A DNA stretch of 64,000 bases from Spirogloea muscicola (lineage: Eukaryota): NCBI GenBank assembly GCA_009602725.1, contig WELB01000030.1:280835-344834 (forward strand). The letters are read 5' to 3'. Below the pieces are notes generated by a model. The model saw only the letters and a list, made by a program, of their open reading frames with translations, searched no databases and was not told the DNA's origin. The translations under genes were made by a program, and so were the position numbers. Of this stretch, positions 49,171 through 61,364 are shown piece by piece. Position 1 is the first letter of the stretch, and every line of letters begins with the position of its first letter.

Positions 49171-50077
49171 CAGGAAGGCTTTCCCTTTTCCTCTTTCCGC
49201 CCAACCCCCCCCCCCCGCCGCCGCCGCCGCCGCCGCCGCCAGCTGCGCCGCGCTCGGCGCGGCGCCTCCTCTGCCGCAGCCGCCAGGATGACAGGTTGCA
49301 TGTGCTGGCCCTGCCTTGGAGCCGGTGATTCAGCGCTCAACGGCACTTTCTCATGCAGGGCGAGCAGGGCTTGCCACAGCTTGCACAAGGACATCTGGTA
49401 GTAGGCAAGATGCTGAAGCGAGGGCGAGTGTTCGGTTGCGAGGAGCACCGATATTCGACTTCTCTGAGACGGGGCCGGCGTGGTCAGCGTCAACGTCAGC
49501 TTGATAGATCAGCCGAGGATTTCGGACTTCCACAACGAAGCTAAGCATTCTGCAGTGTTTGCAACAGCGCGATCAGAGCAGCCAGCCAGCCCCTAGGTCT
49601 ATCAGCGCGACGACTATGTGACATCATCCAGCTGATCCGACAGTTGGACGGCAGCGCGGTGGCCCAAGCTCACCATCGGAACGGAGCGTGCCATTGTATT
49701 GATGCCGAGCTGAATCAACGAGGGCCTGCAGCGCCGGCAGATTGGCAGTGGCGGCCAGTGTGGCACCGTTCTCCGGTAAGTCTGGGGCCAGCCACTCCGC
49801 GAACCACCCGCGTTGCCAGCTGATGGTCACCCTGTGGTGAGCGCGGCCGTGTCACAATCACATATACGCCATCAGTGGCGCACGTCGTGGAGACCTTCAC
49901 CACACGTCTTCCATGCTGACGCGCAATGACAAGGTGTAGGGATGCTCACCAGGAGGCCTGGATCGTCAATTGGCGCCAATGTATGGCGTAAGTCCAGTCG
50001 CCGTTACTGGCGCAGATGTCACGCAGCAGCTCGTCGTACAACCGCTCGGCGTGCAACCGCCTCAAATCCATGCGGTT

Positions 50078-53000
50078 GCTGGTGCTGCTGGCTGCCTGGG
50101 CCATCAGAATGAGCAACACTGCCGATCATGAGCCTTGGTCGCTGGCTCGCCCAACCAGATTGTGCTCCACTACTGGAGCTTGGTCGACGAAGACAGTGTG
50201 GGCCCTGCCACAGGCAATGCGAGGGTCCTGCTCCCTTGTTGCAGCTGCTCCTGTCTTGCAGCCAGCAACTTTGACATGGCAAGCCCAGCAGCCTGTTGTT
50301 GTTCCGCCAGCTTCAGCAGAGTGTTCCTGGACCTTGGTGTCAGTGAGGCGGCCATTGAGACGAGCGTTGCCCTGCAAGGAGTGTGCCAGTGCTCACTCAG
50401 AAATCTCAAGTAAGCATCTTGATCCACACTGCTGCAGAATACAGGGGGCTGTGCATGGGCTAGATGCTGGATAGACGAGGTGCTTTTGTAGATTACTACC
50501 AGGGCTTCCAAGCAGGGCTGGGCATATGTCAGATAGCTGCAGCAGGTTTGCTGTCACTTACATAGATATGAAGCTTGTGCTGCCAACAGTAGCGCCCAAA
50601 GGGAAGCTGCCGCCTTGCATAGGCTCTGCTGAAAGCTCCTCCCTTGAGGGCCCACCAGTGGTACCGGGCTCGGTATAGCTGCCTGGCCCTGCTCAATGAT
50701 CACGGGTGCAGCACTGGTGTACAATGACACGTGGTCCGATGAGCTCCTTGTGGAGGATGAGGCTGCCGCTCTGCCACTTGTAGGTGCCATGGCCTGCGGC
50801 ATCCGGGTGGCCTCGCAGGCCTGCCGGCCAAGAACTGGCCTGAACTGAGTGGCCAACTGCTGCTTTGCTGCCGCCTGCGCTGCTGCGGCCGTTGCTGGCG
50901 GTGCGTGCTGCAGCGGAGCTGCAGACGGAAGACCCGCTTGCTGCGGGGCTGACGGCGCCGCAGCTTCAGATTTGTGCTGGGGCGCTGCAGGCCTGTGGAG
51001 GTTGGCTGGAGGGGCCCTTGCCTGGGCAGCTCCAGCCAGCCTTGCTGCAACCTGATCCTGCCTCTCCTGAAGGCGCGCCTGTAGCCCCGCCAGATCCGCC
51101 TCCTCATGCGCCACCTACATTGCCAAGGCATGCTGGTGCAAACCCACAGCATGCCTTACCTCTTAGTCATACTTAAGAATAGGTGAATTGACTTAGTTGC
51201 TACCACTCATCGCCTAGGTGTAGCCTGATGTAGGTGTTACTACTTGTCTCACCCTAGCAGACAGTGGATTGAAACTTTAAATTCTTGAAAGGACAGATGA
51301 AGAACGATTCTTGAGTTTCTCAGGGAAATTGTATAAATGATGCGAGCATATGCCCCGACACCAAAGTGAGTGAATGGGGATGTGCTACTTAAGCTTTTAT
51401 GTGTAAGATAGCTTATAGCAAGCCTTCAGCACATTGCTGCAGCTTAGAATGTTGACCAACAGTGAGACAGCGACTGAAAAGGCCACCATTCACTGTGGTG
51501 TTAGCATGGGGGCATAAGTCGTCTACGCATGATGCTTGCTGCCAGTACCTGCGAGCAGGCTAACTGGGACATCCAGTCACATCGATAAGATTCTCTTCAA
51601 TTGGCTCCGCATCCAGGCTGCCCAGGAGCAGGAAAACGAGCGATCAACAGGGATGCCTGGAAGACTTTCTGCTCCAAACGCAGGCACAGGAGCGCCCAGA
51701 GCAGGAAGTCTTTGAGGTCACTTTCGGCTCGCTTCCTGTGCTCAGTCCCAAACTATCTCGTAACACGCAATGGCTAGTCTGGAAATTCAATATGACAAAG
51801 TTGCTCCAGTCTTAGAACGTTTGGACTGCTGTAGAGCCCACAGCAGATCGAGGGCTATGTCGGCCCTTCTCTCGAGAGAACACTCCTGCCTCAGCGAATC
51901 TTGTGGCGGATCTGTCTAACGAGGATTAGAGTTGTTAGCAAGTCTCTAGCAAGCGGGATCTGGCGGGAACATCTGGGTAAACAAGTTTGAAAACAGAGGA
52001 AATGACAGGACGTACTATCTCAGCATGAGATTGCGCGAATGCAGAAAGCAGGACGAGCCAGTACAAGAATTCGTGAACAGAGTGAAATCATTGGCTCTTC
52101 AGCTGCAGGACATTGGAAAGGGCTCCTCACGCTCGGGCTCCTCACGCTCCAGGCTGCTGATGCTCCATACTGGTGGAATCTTGTTGGCTCGGTTGTAGCT
52201 CCGCGGAGGCGCTGCCGGCGCCAGGTAAGGTCTGGCCCCCCGACTGGCCCATGTGGTCGAGCGGCTGCAGCTCAACCCAGCTGGGAATAGTGCCTTGCGA
52301 CGGACTCGGCAGCAGACTTTGTGCCATTGCTGACGGCAGTGATGAAGGCAGCGGAGGCACCTCAAAGTGCATCATGCGGCCGCTTGTAAGGTGGCTGGCC
52401 CTGCTGCAGCATATTCAGGCCCTGGCTGCCGCTGCTATGACCGCTTGTTAAGTCTGCGGTGCTCTGCCAGTCCACTGCCTGCACGCTCTCGGGTCGAGTT
52501 GTTGGGGCATCCGCGACCATTATACTGACCAGCTGCTGGAGCTGGTGCTGCTGGCTGCCTGGGCCATCAGAATGAGCACTGCCGATCATGAGCCTTGGTC
52601 GCTGGCTCGGCCCACCAAATTGTGCTCAACTACTGGAGCTTGTCGTAAAGGCCAACGATGACAGTGTGGGCCCTGCCACAGGCAATGCGAGGGTCGTGCT
52701 CCGTTCTTGCAGCTGCTCCTGTCTTGCACCCAGAAACTTTGCTATGGCAAGCCCAGCAGCCTGTTGTAGCTCCGCCAGCTTCAGCAGAGCGTTCTGGACC
52801 TTGGTGGCAGTGAGGCGGCCATTGAGACGAGCGTTGCCCTGCAAGGAGTATGCTCACTCCTCATAATTCTCAAGCAGGCATCTTGATCTACATTGCTGCA
52901 AATCAGGGGGCCGTGCATGGGCCAAATGCTGGATAGACGAGGTGCTTTTGTTGTTTCTACCAGGGCTGTCGAGCAGGGCCGGGCATATATCAGATAGCTG

Positions 53001-53215
53001 CAGCAGATTTGCTGTCACCTATGTAGATATGGAGCTTGTGCTGCCAATAGTAGCGCCCGAAGGGAAGCTACCGCCTTGCATGGGCTCTGCTGAAAGCTCC
53101 TGCCTTGAGGGCCCACCACTGATACCGGGCTCTGGCGAAGCTGCCTGGCCCTGCTCAACTACTACGGGCGCAGCATGGTCCGATGAGCTTGTGGAGGTTG
53201 AGGCTGCCGCTCTGC
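50078..53215. repeat. Diverged direct duplication of about 700 bp (50078-50775 and 52540-53215)
   Basis: Both copies run colinearly from GCTGGTGCTGCTGGCTGCCTGGGCCATCAGAATGAGC to GAGGCTGCCGCTCTGC, with scattered substitutions and small indels. Confidence 0.85.
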
Positions 53216-53929
53216 TCAGTTGTCTCAGCTCTTGAGATGCTGACTTGCTAGGCTTCGTACTGAATGGCATCCGCTCTTCGCTACTGTGCCCATCTGAGAC
53301 TCTCCACCCACGGGCAATCCCCACAGCTGCCACCATCTGCTGCAGCTTTCAGCCGCTGCCCGGCCAACTGTGTTGGCCAGGCACGATGAGGACGCACAGC
53401 GGAGGTTAGAAAGAGGGGGTCATGCGATGCGGGTCATCGCTGCTGCCGCCAAATAGCAGCACAAGCCGCAAAGGTGGAGCCTGGGCAGGCGGGCGAGCGA
53501 GCCAACGAGCAGCTGCGCTCAGAAGCAGGAGCTGAGGATTTTGGAAAGACCATGTTTTGAGTAAAACTCAATGCGGCTCAAATACAATGTTGACTGACGA
53601 GGGCCGGACTTTGGAAGCAAACCTACAATCTTAGGCCGCCAGTATGCTATGCTGACCCGCTCAGTAGCCGCTCAGCAGCTGGCAAAGAGACCGCTGCTGA
53701 CATTTTTGGTTTCGGCTCTGAAAGCCAGCCAGGTTGTGGCTGTTGATTTGTATGACTGTGAGGTGAAAGCCACTTGCTTTGCCAAGTAATTTGCATTTCC
53801 AACCCCTTTGGACCCTGTCATGCTGCGTTGACCTGTTCGACCCCTGAAAGCCATCTGCCCTTTTAGGTGTAATATCTCTAATCATCTTCTAGCTGCATAC
53901 AGGAAGTATCTGAAGAAACAGGGCGCTCT

Positions 53930-54790
53930 CCGTTAGTACCCCCCGTCTCAGCAATAGGAAGTCAGATGAGCAAGAAGGACGAACGGTGTAACCTGCAGCT
54001 CCCGGCGCACGTGGGGAGTCTTGGTATGCCACGCGGCGCCTCGGGCGGCCCGCCTTGCCGGGGGACGTACGCCCGGGAGGGAGGTGACAGACGGCGGGCC
54101 GTCCACGGTCAAAACGACGTCGAGACGGCGCGAGACGGCAATTGTGCATTTGGTTCGGAAGTCTGTTCGTTCTTTTTCTGGGCTGGCCAATAACAGCCGC
54201 CTCCGTCCACTGGACGAGTCTCTCTTCTCAATTGATTTCGACATTATTCGTGGTACTTGCATCGCTGTGTGATCCAGCGCTTTACCCGTCCCTTCGGACC
54301 TTGCCCATGGTTTTCTTTGTGGGGCTCGCACTCTACTGGTCCTTAAATTCTGGGCTGGCCTCTGACAGCGGAAGAAAGAGCTCGCCAATTGAGGATAGGG
54401 GCTGGAACAGCCAGCCCAGAATTTAGGGCGGCGGCTGGGACAGAAGAAGAAAGAAGAAAGACAGCCACCGCCCTCTCCTGGAAAGAAAGTGGCTCTCCTA
54501 ATGGTGGCAAGGGCTGTGAGAAGCCAGCCCAAAAAATTGACGAGGTGCAAAGGGAAGCGTCTTCCTTCTTTCATTTCTTGTTCATTCAGCCCTCCCCCCT
54601 TCTCTATCAGAACTTGCACGTTCTGGGCTGGCCTCTCACAGCCATTGCCTCACAGTGGTAGAACTGTTGCTTCTTACCAAATCCGAACGTTACTACGAGG
54701 AAAAGAAAGTAAGCCCCTTCAAAGCCAGAGAAGGCGCGCTGTGCGCATGACATGAAACGAGGCCAAACAAGCCACCACTAGAACGAGGAG
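53930..54790. mobile_element. Cluster of RLE retrotransposon 3' ends immediately upstream of the lipase-like gene
   Basis: An SSDFLLLRRG..(-) tail at ~53935-53970, hairpins at 54180, 54352, 54400(-), 54511(-) and 54625, and a type B end at 54728-54765(-). Confidence 0.7.
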
Positions 54791-54899
54791 GAAGATCATT
54801 TCCTTGAGAAACTGCAGACTGACTGGCGGGGCCGATCGGGGCCCCCGGGGCGGCCGGGCCCCCACTCCCCGATCGGGCGTCCGGGGGCGCCGCCCCGGC

Positions 54900-57631
54900 A
54901 TGGCCGAGCGCCACGGCCGNGCGGCGACGGCGGCGCAGGCGCTGCTGCGCCGCGGCGGCGCTCGGCGCCGCCTTCCTCGCCCTCCTGTCCGCCTTCCCGC
55001 TCCCCGCGGCTGCGCAGCTTCCCTACGTCGCGAACGAGCCGCCCACGGACTTCTGCGCTACATATGTCACCAAGTCTGGGTACAAGTGCCGCGAGTTCCG
55101 AGTACGTCCCCGCCTGTGCGAGCACGCCTCACAGAAGCTCGTAGCAGAGCAGAAGCAGAGTCTACAGTGTGCAATGACTGCAGGATGAGCCCGTCGTCCT
55201 CGCATCAAAGGAGTGTCGTACCGATCATTATATCAGGCTCATCCTGCTGACATCAAGCTGGCTCTGGCCACGCATGTCGCTGCGCCAGGTTGTCACGCAG
55301 GATGGCTTCATACTCAACATGCAGCGGATCCGCAGCCAGAACTTCACCACTTCCGCAGTCCGGCCGCCTCCACAGCCAGCGCACAGTGCACGACCAAGCC
55401 CGCAAGGAAAGCAACCTTCGACGTCAGGAGCAGCCAGGACAAGGAGAGCCAACGTGACGACACGAGCACCACCACCACGCTCGACAAGTAATACGGCAAG
55501 CAGGCCAAGGAGAGCCAACGCTACCAGACACGCAGCAACACCGGCCCCTACCCGCTCACGCTCGGTCTCACCGAAGCTGCCAGTGTTCTTAGACCACCCG
55601 GTGTTCATCGGCGGCAACTGGTGGTTTGGCTCGCGGAACAGCTCTATGAATGTAGGCATGACAAAGCCGCTGCCGCTGTTCCTAGCAGAACATGGCTATG
55701 AGGTTTGGATAGGGCACCACCGGGGCTCCGAGTGGTCACCAGATAGCACTCGTTACAGCCGGGATGACCGTGTAAGTAGTGCACAGCCTTGTCTCTCGAG
55801 TGTGCCCATGTATGTAAGCATAGACAGACACGATCCCAACATGTGGTCCTGCTTCATATGATACGGGTGATATCTTATGCTTGCGCAGAGATTCTGGGAC
55901 TGGAGCTTCGACGAGCTGGCACTTGATGACACCCCTGCTCAGATACGCCTCAGGGCTGGTATTAGTGGCCATCGAGTCCATTTTGTGGGGTACAACCAGG
56001 TCAGCACACTAGTACAGCTGCTCTCCTCGATCTCCGAGCAGTTTTAATGGCTTGCTCAAAGCTTATTTTCATTAGCATCATCGTTTCATGTACATCGCCG
56101 TGCTGCAATGAAGACACATACTTCGCTGCTTGTTGTAAGATGAACAAGCTTCAGCCAGCAATTCTGAGCACAAATAACCGTTCAGCATGATGCACCTTCC
56201 TGCCAAGCAGGGAGCAGTTGTTGGCATCATTGCTGCCAGCAGGCTGCAGGCTGTTCAGGAATGTCTTGCCTCGTTGACGATGATTGGACCAATTGCGTAC
56301 TTGGTTGATGTCACGTCTACGGTACTGCGGAATTGGGGGACCTCCTTCACACCTGATAGGGTAAGACGTACTTCATGCACATTGCCGTTGTCTCTGACAT
56401 GTGTCATAAGCTTGTATACGTATCACTCCTTGCTTAACAATCATTTGCCGTGTATTGTGAAGTCAAGGTAGCTGCTCAAACATGCTGCAGTCATTGCATC
56501 TATGCATGTACAAATAAGTGCCAAGATAGTGATGTATTTGCAAATAACTTTTTTTGCACACTTGCAACAGATGATATACGACACTGGATTGCTGGCAACG
56601 GAATACAATCTAACGAAGTAAGTAGTAGGTCTTCCTGCCCTCATGGTGCAGAAAGTAGGCGCTGTGTACGCTGTGTCTAGCTCGACTTGTCGGATTGATA
56701 CAGATGTATTAAGCGAGTACCTGCCAAGCTGACCAATTGTCTCCAAGCGAGTAGGCTCTAGAAGAACCAACACAGTATTTCTGTATCAGTACACAGACGG
56801 TGGCCAATATTGTTAACAATTTCGGCATATCAATGACCAATGGTGCATCTCCAGAACAGTTCCTCAGCAATGTCACAGGTGTGTGAGCCGATCTGGTTTG
56901 CGCATGTCAAATGAACATCCTTGATGCCGTCACAATCTGCTCGAATGGTCGATGAGAAAAGCAGCCATTGCCTGGTACTGTGTAGGACCAAACTGTTGCA
57001 TCGACGCGAGTGCTGCTGTAGGCTATGCATACACTGGATCAGAGAGTGCGTGGATCGTGTCATCGTATCGTAACCTCATCCATATGCAACAAGGCACGTA
57101 CAGCTGCAATACTGCACCAACTGACTTGCTGTGTGACGAACCATGACTGCAATCAAGCAGAGAACTCAGTCTGGGCATGTATGCTCCTTATGCAACAATG
57201 CTCAAGAAGTGTGCAACTCAAGCATGGAGCGTTCAACAATATAGTTAGCAGGGCATAAGTAGCGTAGCATGATCTTGGAACTCACAATCGCGTGGTGTGG
57301 GACTGCTCGTCATGCAGAAATCAACCAAAGCCGCTTTCAGATGTGGGATTGGGCCAGCGCACAGCTCAACCAGCAGAACTATGGCAGTGCATTACCTCCT
57401 CAGTACGTTCCAGGCCTCGTCCCAGAGGTGCTGCCCAAGCTCATCATCAGTGGTGGCAATGACTGGTTTGCGGACAGCCACAATGTCGACCATTTGGCAG
57501 AGGCCTTGTCGGGCACACCTGAGCGTGTCGTCATCCCAGAGTATGCCCACCTGGACCTCATCTATAGCAGGCGTGTTGAGGACGATGTCAACCAACCCCT
57601 CCGGAAATTCCTAGACCGACACAATTCCTAG
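54900..57631 (+). CDS. Lysosomal/gastric-type triacylglycerol lipase homolog (abhydro_lipase family), signal peptide-like N-terminus, predicted catalytically inactive
   Basis: AAFLALLSAFPLPAAA..DFCATYVTKSGYKCREFR|VVTQDGFILNMQRI, LAEHGYEVWIGHHRG, RFWDWSFDELALDDTPAQI..VHFVGYNQ|GA, FQMWDW..NQQNYGSALPPQY, ISGGNDWFAD (Asp) and YAHLDLI (His). Confidence 0.88.
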
Positions 57632-58096
57632 CTAGCCTCCTGTCAGATGTTTAATGGATAGAGCCTCACAAGTGTCTCACCTGTTAAACGATAGCTGCAG
57701 CTTGACTTGCACCAGCTGTGCATTGGGTGCATTGGTAGCAATCAAGCATGTGCATGTCGTTATAGAAGGCATGTGCTTACACAACCGCGACAAGTATCTG
57801 CATTTATTTTCGGGATTGCAAGCTCGTATGACCTATTTAGCTGAGCATGCCTGTCAGTTTCATAACTGCAGCTTAACTTGCACCAGGTATGCAATGTCTG
57901 TATTGGTAGCCTTCAAGGGTTTAACCATATAGGAAGGCAGGGAAAGAAAGAGCGCGCCCATAGAGAAAGGGGGCCAGCAAAGCCAGCCCAGAAAGAATGG
58001 ACAAAGGCAAAAGCCAAAAAAACAAAACAAAACAAAAAGGCAAAAAACACACAGCTAGGCAGCTAGAGAAGAAGACACGACGAAATCACTGGAAGC

Positions 58097-58626
58097 TCAA
58101 TACCCCCGGGTGAGCAACATCAGGTCGGAGTAGCTCGACGCAGGAAAAGATGCATCCAGACGCGACCCAGAAGCAGCCGCGATAGCGCGGCCCGCACGCG
58201 AGTGGACGGCATAGGCGAGGGAGCGTTGGAGGGAGACGGAGAGCCGCATCCGGAAGACCTGGGCCAGGGAGCCGGCCGCGTTGAAGCCGGGCAGCCTCCC
58301 TGGTAGACCCGGCCGCCGCTAAATGGCCTGCCGGGCAAGCCGCTGGAGGAGGTCCAGCCAGCCACGGCCAAAGGCCCCGTGGACATCGATGGCCAGGGCT
58401 GCGAATTCGTCGGCAGGCGGGTGATCAGCATATTTCCGTTCGCCGCGGGCCGCCACAGCGACCGCATGCCCAGCGGTCGTCGCCGACTTGGAGGGGTTAG
58501 CGGAGTCGACACAGTCGGCGGTCACCACATCCGCGATGATGTGCGGACCGCCACCGCGCGGGATGGCGACGAGGTCAGCGCGCCGGGTGTGGATCCGGCC
58601 GTCGTCGTCGCGCAGGATGGGCAAGG
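58097..58626 (-). mobile_element. RLE (PD-(D/E)xK restriction-like endonuclease) domain and C-terminus of a non-LTR retrotransposon, with one in-frame stop
   Basis: RRADLVAIPRGGGPHIIADVVTAD...AARGERKYADHPPADEFAALAIDVHGAFG..LARQAI*RRPG..FNAAGSLAQVFRMRLSVSLQRS...SDLMLLTRGY*. R.D..D(V)..KY..F..LA.(D/E)..G..G is the RLE signature. Its 3' UTR and hairpin continue to ~57940. Confidence 0.88.
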
Positions 58627-59520
58627 AAAGCAAGCACAAAACGAAGCATAGCTGTGAAACAAAATGAAAGAAGTGGCACTCCCAATGGGGGCAAGGGCTG
58701 CGAAAAGCCAGCCCAAAAAGAATGCACAAAGGTTCAGAGGGGCCTAAGAGCGGTGAGCAGCTACAAAGGGGCCTGAGGATGCAATGGTAAAACAGGGGGA
58801 GGATGGATCACTCAATAAGTACGAGTGAGGAGCCTCAGATCCGACAGACTAGCTGCCGGGAAGCTATCACCCTGACGAAAGCCAGAGCCCGCAGCGAGAG
58901 CACGGCCAGCTCGCAAAAGAGAAAGAGCTCGCCCATTGAGGATAGGGGCTGGAACAGCCAGCCCAAAAAAGAATGGACAAAGTACGAGAAGGGAGCCAGG
59001 GGAAGCGCTAGAAACAAGAAGAAAGGGCTCGCCCATTGAGGATAGGGGCTGGACAAGCCAGCCCAAAAAAGAATGAACAAAGAACGAGAAGGGGGCCAGA
59101 GGAAGCCAGAGGAAGCAGGAGGAGCGCTAGAAACAAGCTCTTCCGAAGTGGGCGACGGCTGTGAAAACCAGCCCGACAGAAAGGGAAAGAAATCCTCTGT
59201 GACGAGCAATTTCTTCTAGAGAGTGGGGGCTTCACCAAGAAGAAGAAGTGGCGCTCGCAATGGGGTCAAGGGCTGCGAAAAGCCAGCCCAAAAAGAATTG
59301 ACAAAGGTTCGGAGGGGCCTACAAGTCCAGAAAGAATGGACAATGTCAAAAGCCAAAAAAAACAAGAAACAAAAAACACACAGCTAGGCAGCTAGAGAAG
59401 AAGACACGACGAAATTACAGGAAGCTCAATACCCCCTGGTGAGCAACATCAGGTCGGAGTAGCTCGACGCAGGAAAAGATGCATCCAGACGCGACCCAGA
59501 AGCAGCCGCGATAGCGCCCG
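58627..59520 (-). mobile_element. Head-to-tail stack of truncated retroelement 3' ends (minus orientation)
   Basis: LTRTY* copy at 58812-58915 with its UTR to ~58630, hairpins at 58696, 58946, 59046, 59157 and 59270, and an LMLLTRGY* copy at 59426-59517 nearly identical to 58097-58190. Confidence 0.8.
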
Positions 59521-59539
59521 GTCGGTGATGAGTTCGCGG

Positions 59540-60013
59540 CCCTGGCGATAGATGTTCACGGGGCCTTCGGCAGCCGCTGGCTGGATCTCCTCCACCGACA
59601 GCTTCCGGACGAAGGGCCCCATTACTTCTGAGACCGGCTACGCTGTGAAGGTAGCCGAACGGAAGAAGCTGCACAAGTACAAGGACCACCCGGCGGGTGA
59701 CACCTTTTACCCCCTGGCCATGGACATCCAAGGGTGTTACGGGGGTCGGTGGTCCTCGTTACTTTCGCTGCTGGCCTCTCAAGCTGACCAGCGGCGCCGG
59801 GAGCAGGGTGCTGCCCTTCCCGGTGGCTCGGTGCCTTTGGGTCTGGTGTCCTGCTACCGTATGCGACTGTCTATGTCCCTGCAGCGCTCCCAAGCGCTTG
59901 CTTTGCACTGCCGCGCTGGTCGCGCCCTTGCAGCAGCCTCTGGCTTGCGCAGCGGGGTTGCTCTTCCTCCCCTCAGCTCATCTGACTTCCTACTGCTGAC
60001 ACGGGGGTATTGA
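59540..60013 (+). mobile_element. RLE domain C-terminal fragment of another retrotransposon subfamily
   Basis: TGYAVKVAERKKLHKYKDHPAGDTFYPLAMDIQGCYGGRWSSLL...CYRMRLSMSLQRSQALALHCRAGRALAAASG..SSDFLLLTRGY* (K..KY and F.PLA.D..G..G motifs). Confidence 0.88.
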
Positions 60014-60109
60014 GGGCGCCCTGTCTGCCTAGCCTTTGGCTCCGTCATGAACACCTGTATGCATCTGGCTGGCATTTCACAGCCGATTCTTTCATATCAG
60101 CAGCCGCTT

Positions 60110-60616
60110 TCTTTCCAGCGGCTTGCTCGTCAGGCTATTGATCGGCGGTCGGGTCCGCCCGGGGCGCTGCCCGGCTTCAACGCCGCCGGGTCGCTCGCCC
60201 AGGTCTTTCGCGGGGCTCTTGGGTCCCAGTGGCTTGACCAATTGGCTAGGCTTGCGCGGCGGGCTGTGTTCCGCAGAGGCGGCGAGCCAGCCGACTTCAA
60301 CGCCGCGGGCTCGTGGGCTCAGGTATATCGGATGCGCCTCTCTGTATCCCTGCAGCGGTCCATGGCCCACGCTCTGCATCTGCGAGCTGGCCGTGCTCTC
60401 GCTGCGGGCTCTGGCTTTCGTCAGGGTGATAGCTTCCCGGCCGCTAGTCTGTCGGATCTGAGGCTCCTCACTCGTACTTATTGAGTGATCCATCCTCCCC
60501 CTGTTTTACCATTGCATCCTCAGGCCCCTTTGTAGCTGCTCACCGCTCTTAGGCCCCTCTGAACCTTTGTGAATTCTTTTTGGGCTGGCTTTTCGCAGCC
60601 CTTGCCCCCATTGGGA
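60110..60616 (+). mobile_element. Chimeric RLE retrotransposon 3' fragment (LTRTY* subfamily) with 3' UTR hairpin, ending at an N gap
   Basis: QRLARQAIDRR..FNAAGSLAQVFR|GALGSQWLDQLARLARRAVFRR..FNAAGSWAQVYRMRLSVSLQRS..LRLLTRTY*, then hairpin GGGCTGGCTTTTCGCAGCCC at 60582-60601. Confidence 0.85.
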
Positions 60617-60844
60617 NNNNNNNNNNNNNNNNNNNNNNNNNNNNNNNNNNNNNNNNNNNNNNNNNNNNNNNNNNNNNNNNNNNNNNNNNNNNNNNNNNNN
60701 NNNNNNNNNNNNNNNNNNNNNNNNNNNNNNNNNNNNNNNNNNNNNNNNNNNNNNNNNNNNNNNNNNNNNNNNNNNNNNNNNNNNNNNNNNNNNNNNNNNN
60801 NNNNNNNNNNNNNNNNNNNNNNNNNNNNNNNNNNNNNNNNNNNN

Positions 60845-61364
<520 letters not shown>

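Noticed and set aside
57680..57920. Diverged ~55-bp direct repeat downstream of the lipase-like stop codon
   Set aside because: Only two degenerate copies and no functional clue.
58670..58725. Hammerhead/HDV ribozyme, SECIS or tRNA-derived head in the conserved repeat
   Set aside because: I could not identify a CUGANGA/GAAA core, HDV nested pseudoknot, SECIS quartet or A/B boxes by eye. An Infernal search is needed to exclude these fully.
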